From NCBI RefSeq assembly GCF_001194135.2, contig NC_068995.1, forward strand, positions 55,194,362 to 55,258,361: DNA of 64,000 nt, given 5' to 3'. The position numbers and the translations under genes are program-made. Shown piece after piece: positions 55,135 to 64,000 of this stretch. Under the pieces are notes generated by a model. It was not told the DNA's origin, searched no databases, and was given only the letters and a program-made list of their open reading frames with translations. Numbering within the stretch: the stretch's first letter is position 1; each line of letters begins with the position of its first letter. The stretch comes from Octopus bimaculoides (Eukaryota).

Positions 55135-55730
55135 TCACATGTAGAAGCTGCCAATCCTGATCGATTTCCACGCGGTGTTGTTGCTGCTGCGTTTCCAGGA
55201 CTTTGGGGGCGAATTTCGGTAGTACTCTCCCCATGCACAAATTCTCAGCTAAAATGAGCTTATTTCCAATTTACGTGCAGTTTCGTGGATTGTTAGCCGT
55301 CGCCTTTCCATGATTATTCGTCGAAACCTCTCAACTGGCTCCTTCGGTTTGCGGATATCTTGCTTAAGCATATCTCGCTAAATGCTGAGGTCTAGCCTAG
55401 TTCAAAGGGGCTGTGCCACTCCTTGATCTGAATTTCAACCATGGCACCACCGCTAAAGGCCTGCCGAGTCTTCTGAGTATCACTATCGCTTGATAAAACT
55501 TGATGACATATTTCTTCTGAATGAGTTAGATGAAAACGAAAATCCAACGATCTCGCACTCGCGTCTGTACTATGGGCGCAACAGCCGGGAACTGACGTAA
55601 CATTCCGTTGCAAAATTTTTCACGCATGCGCAGGAAGGTTGGTTTCACTTCCAATTCAAAAGTTTTTGTTTTGGCGTTATTAGGTTTGGCGGGAAATAAT
55701 AAATCAGACACTTTCTGATAGCACCTTGTA
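55135..55730 (-). mobile_element. 5' half of a mariner-type DNA transposon (left TIR plus degenerate transposase N-terminus)
   Basis: Minus strand starts TA-CAAGGTGCTATCAGAAAG; translations QAFSGGAMVEIQIKEWHSPFELG*TS, EPVERFRRIIMERRRLTIHETARKLEIS and LAENLCMGRVLPKFAPKVLETQQQQHRVEI match the two HTH regions and the WVPHEL-equivalent linker; catalytic half and right TIR absent. Confidence 0.85.
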
Positions 55731-57167
55731 TTTGTGGCCAAGATAAAGAATACCTTCTGCAATTCGTGTAAAAAAATTAAAACAAAGTATAAAGTTTTCC
55801 ACTCATTTAAATTTCACTAATTCGGCAATATTCTCCGGGGTATAACTTGAGTCTTGAGACGATTTATCCATGTTTGCTTTGAATATTTGCCAAGGAATAA
55901 ACGTCTCCATTGTTTAATTCCTTTTCTTTTTTCAGATACAATTTTTCTCAAACTGACCAGAAAAATGCAATCATTTTATAAGACAGGTTTTCCGCTTAAT
56001 TACAGTTGATACTTTTCACTTTTTAAGACAAAATCATGTTTTACACTGTAAGGAACGTAGTGTAGTTTTCCAGTGAAATATATCGATACAAAATTTATAA
56101 CTTGCTGTTGTTTGAAATTCATACTGACAAATAACAACTTTTATGAGAAGTTGTATACTTTTCTACATTGATGTAAAGAAATAATTGGTAGAGTTCGGAG
56201 TAGTTAATTTCGCAGTAGCAAATGTTTCTCTTCTTGCAAATGATTTACTTCTTGTTCATCAAAGTGTGTGTACTTAGAAACACACACATATAAACAAATC
56301 AGTCAATAACAAAAATGCAAACAGGCAGATGCATGAACGAACAAATGCAGATACATAGACACACATATACATACCGACACACATAAGAACACTTAGACAC
56401 ACACATATAAATGTCTGTATGTATGCACTTATCCATATATATATATATATATATTTATTTATACATATACATGTGTGTGCACGTGTATACTGTTTATATA
56501 TATTCGTATACCGATACCCAATGACATATACATTTTTACACACACGTGCACATACACACACACATATATCTTGTTTAATCTGTTTCAAACACACACACAT
56601 ATGCACATACTATTTACATATTATATATACGTATACATATGCACATTGATATAAACACTTATAAGCACGGGCGCGTGGTGCGAGTGTGACGTGCATGTAT
56701 GCTTGTGTGAGTGTATATTCAACATGAAATATGCAATTAAATACTGCTCTGTTGTCTGTGTAGATATATAATTTGAAACCTGTTTGGGCATAATTATTCT
56801 GTTAAGCCTCTTTGGTTTATATATTTTTTTAGTCAAGATTGTTTTAAGGTTAATATTTATGACAAGCTATCCAATTATATTTTATTTATCACTTCGAAAC
56901 TTCAACTCTTTTCGGTCCGTCATGCGTGTGTGATTGGTTAGGACGTTATTATAAGACATATTTTTGTGAAGCAATTCTATAAAACTTAAAATTTTGAATA
57001 AGAAACTACACATTTGAAATAGACGGAAAGTATACAGCTGCTAATAAAAATACACTCATTATATCGGATTGAAAAAAGAATTTCAGTTTAAACAAATTAA
57101 TGTAAGGATTCGAAATAAGTTCAACATATACATATGTGTGTGTGTGTGTGCGTGCGTATACATATGT

Positions 57168-57235
<68 letters not shown>

Positions 57236-57525
57236 NNNNNNNNNNNNNNNNNNNNNNNNNNNNNNNNNNNNNNNNNNNNNNNNNNNNNNNNNNNNNNNNN
57301 NNNNNNNNNNNNNNNNNNNNNNNNNNNNNNNNNNNNNNNNNNNNNNNNNNNNNNNNNNNNNNNNNNNNNNNNNNNNNNNNNNNNNNNNNNNNNNNNNNNN
57401 NNNNNNNNNNNNNNNNNNNNNNNNNNNNNNNNNNNNNNNNNNNNNNNNNNNNNNNNNNNNNNNNNNNNNNNNNNNNNNNNNNNNNNNNNNNNNNNNNNNN
57501 NNNNNNNNNNNNNNNNNNNNNNNNN

Positions 57526-57557
<32 letters not shown>

Positions 57558-57656
57558 TAGATTTTCACATTTGAGACATTGCATTTTTATTTACTTGTAA
57601 TATTAGTAATTTAAAAACTACCCTTGCGTTTAATCGTGACTCTTTACTTTTTCCAG

Positions 57657-57900
57657 ACAATATTGGTATACAAAATTCCTAGCCACAGACTTTATGAAAA
57701 CGATAACAACTACACAATGTTGACTGACTTTCTTGTATGAGTACATCCTCGCCTTACTATCGAAAATCAAAAAGAATTCCCTTGCCTGGAACCTGACTCT
57801 TAACAACACACATATATCAGATATGCCATGTTGATAAAATTTACATGAATCACCCAACTCCACTGCATAATTCGAATTTCTTCTACTTGTGCAGCCCTAT
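57657..57900 (+). mobile_element. Possible Penelope-like RT/thumb relic
   Basis: TDFLV*VHPRLTIENQKEFPCLE (cf. FLxxLNSxHPxIKFTxExExxxxLPFLD) followed by KIYMNHPT (cf. VYRKPT). Confidence 0.35.
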
Positions 57901-58850
57901 TGCAAACCAGCATATAGCTATTACGGTCTATATATTATAGGTCAGCGGTTTCTTTTCCGTTTCAGCTGTGAGGTGAGTAAACCGCATTGATAATCGGCAA
58001 AATACTGGTATCTGTAGTCGTTGTACTCGGTGGTTTACTTCGTTAAGCCTAACTCTGAAGTATAATGTGCTTTCAAGGGATCTTTCCCATACGAAGACCC
58101 TCATCTTGTAGCGTTTAACAACATATACATTAAATATGTGATATCGATAATGCTTGTTTGTGTGTCCGTGTGCGTGTGTGTATGTGTGTGTGTGTGTGCT
58201 CTAGTATTTATTAATAATATTGATATATGGGGTAACACCACACACCGATATAATGAGATGTCCTTTAATAAATGCCCACGAGCATTTCCGTTATATATTC
58301 GCTAAATCGATCCGATGTAATAATATCTGAAGCAACCAGGCAGTTGCCAGGTGTGCCATATATATAATGCTGTAGTGTTACTGTTTACATATGTGAATAT
58401 ATACGTATATTCATGCGGACATTTGATTATATGCACAAGAGTGTTATCATTACACATAACAGTATCTTCAAACTATACATATTTATCGTTTTCAAGACAC
58501 GATATCATAATAATAAATTACAAATACATGAAATGGTAGGAATACTTAACCAGGCTAAAACACAAGAAAGGCTGATAAGAAAACAATATCATTCACGTTT
58601 CCTTTTTTTTCCTGACACCAGAATTCTTGCACACGCTGGAAGAAACAGACACAAATGTACATACGGAAGAACACATGAACGTGTATTGATATACACATAA
58701 CAACATAGAAGAATATTTGGCAAAACTTAACACCTGAATAACAAGGAAGTGACAAGCCAAATGGTATTCATGCATGTGACTTCTGCTAAACTAGAAATAA
58801 GTAGCCTAAATATTGAACTGCTTGCTGTTCTATACATGTCTCTCCTTCCC

Positions 58851-59260
58851 TCGGGCGTGGCTGTGTGGAAAGAAGTTCGCTTCCCAACCACATGCTCCCG
58901 TGCTCAGACCCAAGGTGTGACAACATGGGCCGAGCGAAGATTTTTCAGTAGATTTCTTAGGCAGAAACTGAAAGACGCACATCGTGTGTTCATGTGTGTG
59001 CGTTTGTGTGTGCGCGCGCGAATGATCCTGCATGACTGGATGTCATGTATCTCTAACTGTCTTTCACAATGATTGAGAACCCGTTTTGGTAGGTTAACAT
59101 CCATCTAACTCAGCGTTTCGGCAGAAGTGTTGGAGAGATTATTTACCAGGTCTCAAGAAAACTAAGTGCTTGGGTTGATTCATTTGACGAAGAATTCCTT
59201 TCAGGCGGGGCAACAGCGCGTCTGCAAACTGATGACTGAAACAAATAAAAAATAAAATTC
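58851..59260 (+). mobile_element. Full-length but diverged SINE family A copy
   Basis: gggcgtggctgtgtggaaagaagttcgcttcccaaccacatg...gggccga...gcagaaactgaaagacgc...(TG)n...tgactgaaacaaataaaa; collinear with the reverse complement of 9758-10152. Confidence 0.8.
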
Positions 59261-61653
59261 AAAGATAAAAGATATATATANNNNNNNNNNNNNNNNNNNN
59301 NNNNNNNNNNNNNNNNNNNNNNNNNNNNNNNNNNNNNNNNNNNNNNNNNNNNNNNNNNNNNNNNNNNNNNNNNNNNNNNNNNNNNNNNNNNNNNNNNNNN
59401 NNNNNNNNNNNNNNNNNNNNNNNNNNNNNNNNNNNNNNNNNNNNNNNNNNNNNNNNNNNNNNNNNNNNNNNNNNNNNNNNNNNNNNNNNNNNNNNNNNNN
59501 NNNNNNNNNNNNNNNNNATATATATATATATATACATATAAATATTTATGTATATGTGCACGTATATACATACACACACACACGCACAGACATATATATA
59601 GACATATTATATGGGTGTGCTTGAGTGTTTGTTATGTGTGTCAGTGTGTGTATACTTTCAGCCGTTCTTTAGAACAGTGGTTCTTTGTTTGTTTATCGTA
59701 GTCAATATAAAGAATTATATTTTGCGTTCCTGCTGCTTTCATTGTATTTTGTGTCCTTCCTGATTTCAGTTACCTCTTGAAATATTCTAAATAACATATT
59801 TTACTCGAGCAATACATCGATTTCTCCTGGACAGCGTGCTGTTAAATATAGTAGTTAAATATCACTCAAGCATTTTAAAGGAAAACGTATATTGGTTTGT
59901 GTTATGTGCCGCTGCATGTAGCATCTCTCAGAATAAATGGCATGGCCATAGCTGAAATGTTCCTGCAGAGATCCGCGCGTGCAAAGCTTACACGGAACCA
60001 AATATGCACAAAATACCTATCATTTAATGAATTGTAGACAACTGATAAAATTGGAAAATAAGTTATAAAAGGGATTATTTTTACTTGATTGCATAATTAT
60101 TTATTTTTACCGTCTTTTTTTTTATAAATTGTAAATAGAAGTCGCTCTCTTCTCAGAATTTAGTACAATTGGTTTACTGGTAATAATCAAATTTCAAACA
60201 CTTATAACTGAATATATTCGGTCTGTTTTTGATATAATTTCCAAACTTAGTTGCCTAATCTGATTTCATATTTAATTTTAAGATAAGTAAAGAATGAATA
60301 AGTTTATCAGAGTTTAATCTTTGAAACATAGCAGAGGGGGAAAAAAAGTTAATCAATGTATATATATATTCACACATAAACATCTGATTTACACTTTACT
60401 TCGAATTTTAAGATAAGCATATTATATATGGAAAGAGAAAATCAAATTTAAAGACATGGTGTGCAACGATACACTGTTGTTCAAACAATGTTTCTAGCCA
60501 AAATATTCTCATGTCGTTGCTATTTTTAAACATGTTCTGCTTGGAAATATATCTAATGATAGCCAATACGAAACTACAACTAACAACTTAACGATATCAT
60601 GAAGGAGCACCTACATAGTTCCTTGGCATTCTAGAAAGAATGAAAAATACTCTTCACATCACATTCAATTATTGAAAACCAGGATAGTACATGTTATGTA
60701 ATGCACTACGCAGCACTCGTCGTGTGATAAACAGCCGAAAAGAAGAATCATAGCTGGACGAAGGTTGGCTTGATGCTAATTAGCCATTACAATAAATACA
60801 TAATGACAGTGCCTGGACACTGCTACTCGACGTGATAGAAGCAGTAGCCAAAATTCTTTCTTTTATCACATTTCATAATAAGGAATAGAACGGGCAATGT
60901 CATCCTAATATAGTAAAAACAGAATGGTTAAAATAGGAATACGTTTTATTATATGTTGGCTTGATTACAGCTGGCATGAAACTGAACACAAGATTTATTA
61001 TCCCAAATCCCATCTAAGTAATATTTTGACATTTCCCTTGGATAATTCCCAGTTACCTAATGTCTTTCAGCAAATAGATATTGCATTCACCTTATATATA
61101 CGAAATTACGGATAAATTTTATTAATCTGTTCGTAATACTTTCTACAATATTTCTCTCTCTGTATATTTTCCAGACACATTACGTAAGAAAAACATATTT
61201 ATACATTGATATTTCCATATGATCATAGATATTCTCTTAATGTTAAAATGCAAAGGTTATCTAAATGATTATCTGCATGAGCTAGCTTCTTATAGGTTTT
61301 TTTTTATTAACGAAATTCTGCTTTTGCTTCGACATTGTGTAGAAAAATTATTCATAGAGCAGACTGCAGATTACCGAGTGGATAAGATTTGGAACCTGCC
61401 TGTTGAAAGATTCTGACTTCGTTTTCGTCTCCTCAGCATTTATTCCACTGTGGTTCTTCGTAGAATATTTTATTTTGCGATGTACAAATTGTAGAATAAG
61501 AAATCGTATTCATGTTTTGTCTTTTGCAATGCAAGAGCAACATGTCCATGAAGATATATATATGATATGCAGGAGACTGAATGGGAGAGCAATGCTTGTC
61601 ATCGTCACAGATGGAGGAAGCAGGTTAAGGAGGGTGTCGACACTTTTACGAGA

Positions 61654-61687
<34 letters not shown>

Positions 61688-62241
61688 NNNNNNNNNNNNN
61701 NNNNNNNNNNNNNNNNNNNNNNNNNNNNNNNNNNNNNNNNNNNNNNNNNNNNNNNNNNNNNNNNNNNNNNNNNNNNNNNNNNNNNNNNNNNNNNNNNNNN
61801 NNNNNNNNNNNNNNNNNNNNNNNNNNNNNNNNNNNNNNNNNNNNNNNNNNNNNNNNNNNNNNNNNNNNNNNNNNNNNNNNNNNNNNNNNNNNNNNNNNNN
61901 NNNNNNNNNNNNNNNNNNNNNNNNNNNNNNNNNNNNNNNNNNNNNNNNNNNNNNNNNNNNNNNNNNNNNNNNNNNNNNNNNNNNNNNNNNNNNNNNNNNN
62001 NNNNNNNNNNNNNNNNNNNNNNNNNNNNNNNNNNNNNNNNNNNNNNNNNNNNNNNNNNNNNNNNNNNNNNNNNNNNNNNNNNNNNNNNNNNNNNNNNNNN
62101 NNNNNNNNNNNNNNNNNNNNNNNNNNNNNNNNNNNNNNNNNNNNNNNNNNNNNNNNNNNNNNNNNNNNNNNNNNNNNNNNNNNNNNNNNNNNNNNNNNNN
62201 NNNNNNNNNNNNNNNNNNNNNNNNNNNNNNNNNNNTATATA

Positions 62242-62273
<32 letters not shown>

Positions 62274-63111
62274 CATAAACATATATATTCACACACATGT
62301 ATATATATACGCATGTATACATGTATATAATTATTTATATGTATTTATTATTGAAAACCTATTGCTCTGCGGTAAACTTGCACTTCATAGGTGAACTGTT
62401 TATCTGCTGGAGACGTGATGATAACAGTGAAGTAATCACATTAAATGCCAGGGATATGTAGAAGTATTACATATTTATCGTATAGTTTTGGGCAATAGTC
62501 AATTAAGGAAATTCACATTACGGTAAAATGTTATAACAGCGTATCTAAACAAATGATACGAAGTATGATATAGCAAAAAATATTAAATTTGTTATGAAAT
62601 ACCAAAATGTAAAAATAAAAGACAAGTCATTCATGAGTTTGAAAGATTTTATTTCATATCTAATATTTTTAACGTGAATTTTAGATTTCTAGAGATAACT
62701 GCCATTGATAAATTTAGCGTAATTTTATACGCTTCTAATTTATAGATCTGCTATGAATATTCTTTCAGGAATTGATAGCATGTCACACGCTACCTATACT
62801 CAGGCGGCAGCAACATTTTTCATCTCGCCATGCGTATTGATGCACACTAACCAAGCATTACACTACTTTTTCATAGATTTTATAACCTCGAAAAGACTAC
62901 AAAAAGATAAAAAAACAAGAACATAGCCAATACAATTCCTACAGACCTACTATTCAGAAAACATGTCAATATGTCTAGCTATGTAGATATAATATTTCAA
63001 ATTTAACCATAATTATTCTGCTGGCATTTTCAATTATGTCTAAATGCAATTCTGCATGATTAGCATACTGTATGTTCTACTTTCACACAATATATATGAC
63101 ATTACGCTTAA

Positions 63112-63157
<46 letters not shown>

Positions 63158-63695
63158 ATACATACATATATTTATAATACATACAGATATACGCACATGT
63201 GTGTGTGTGCGTGTCTGTCTACGGTGTTTGTATGTACATATCGATATCGTTAAAAGCATGGATAATTTTATATAATGATATTTAATTTACTTCTTGTGTA
63301 ATGTTACCTGGAATTCGCAAAAATCAATATCAGATAACGATAAATGTTAATCGCGTTGAAAAAGGATAACTAACAATTCTATGTGAAATGATAATTTCCG
63401 AAAAATTACAAATTTATATTCATAACCTTTCTAGTATCAGAGTTTAATGGAGTTCTCTAAGTTTACATGTGAAGCTGGTTTACTAAGTTTGAGCAACAGT
63501 AACTCCCCCCAGTTTTACATGGAAAGCATGTTACGAAAATATTCTAGGAAAGAAATTTGTATTCCAGCTTAAGTTTAATTGTTTAGACTAGGTTCATGAT
63601 TCACATGCAGTGATGTGTGACATTACGTTGTTGTTCTTCTACTTCCTTTACTATTTCTCCTTCTTTTCCTTGTTCTTCTTTTTCTACTAAGACCA

Positions 63696-63884
63696 GTACT
63701 ACTACTACTACCACTACTACTACCACTACTACTGCTGCTGCTGCTGCTGCTGCCACCTCCACTACAATAATTACACGCTCTACTATTCGTGTTACTGAAA
63801 CTACAACTACTAGGACAACAATCTTTACTACTGCTATTACTAATACACCTACAACACTACTACCCCCTCCTCTTCTTGCTACTG

Positions 63885-63921
<37 letters not shown>

Positions 63922-63952
63922 GACTACTACGACTACTACTACTACTATTGCT
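63696..63952. repeat. Imperfect (ACT)n/(GCT)n microsatellite
   Basis: Visible directly; source of the poly-T/poly-L ORFs. Confidence 0.9.
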
Positions 63953-64000
63953 GATGCTATATTTAACTCTATGACAACAGCATAAATATTTCTGCTATAA

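Noticed and set aside
57657-57734. 78-nt phase-0 candidate exon (TILVYKIPSHRLYENDNNYTMLTDFL)
   Set aside because: The frame continues past the donor into PLE-like RT motifs, so a transposon relic is the simpler reading
59229-59243. CTGATGA-CT-GAAAC
   Set aside because: No room for stem II; it is the ordinary 3' tail of SINE family A
62750-62830. ILSGIDSMSHATYTQAAA resembles a PDZ segment (ILSVNGIDLRNATHEQAAA)
   Set aside because: Needs two indels in 18 residues and no other PDZ part is nearby; likely chance

Overview
AT-rich, microsatellite-dense eukaryotic DNA with 17 N-gaps, nearly all flanked by (TA)n/(CA)n/(CT)n. The interspersed repeats resemble Octopus SINE families (recalled from memory, not from a database search), so this is probably a short-read octopus scaffold. 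No complete protein-coding gene can be supported. The window looks like intronic or intergenic DNA, possibly inside a + strand gene whose first exon ends at 143. Recognisable content: two tRNA-type SINE families in several copies, the 3' end of an R4/Dong-type LINE, the 5' half of a mariner transposon, Penelope-like element (PLE) ORF relics, old LINE RT relics and a frameshifted BTB/BACK-like fragment. The best observation is an apparently intact minimal type I hammerhead ribozyme on the minus strand at 52294-52338, inside a short multi-hairpin element. Four more decayed or partial hammerhead-like motifs (about 2850, 26560, 38720, 49350) point to several HHR-carrying PLE or retrozyme-like repeat families. 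One of these is joined to a tRNA-derived head in an inverted arrangement. All protein-family and RNA-structure calls were made by eye.
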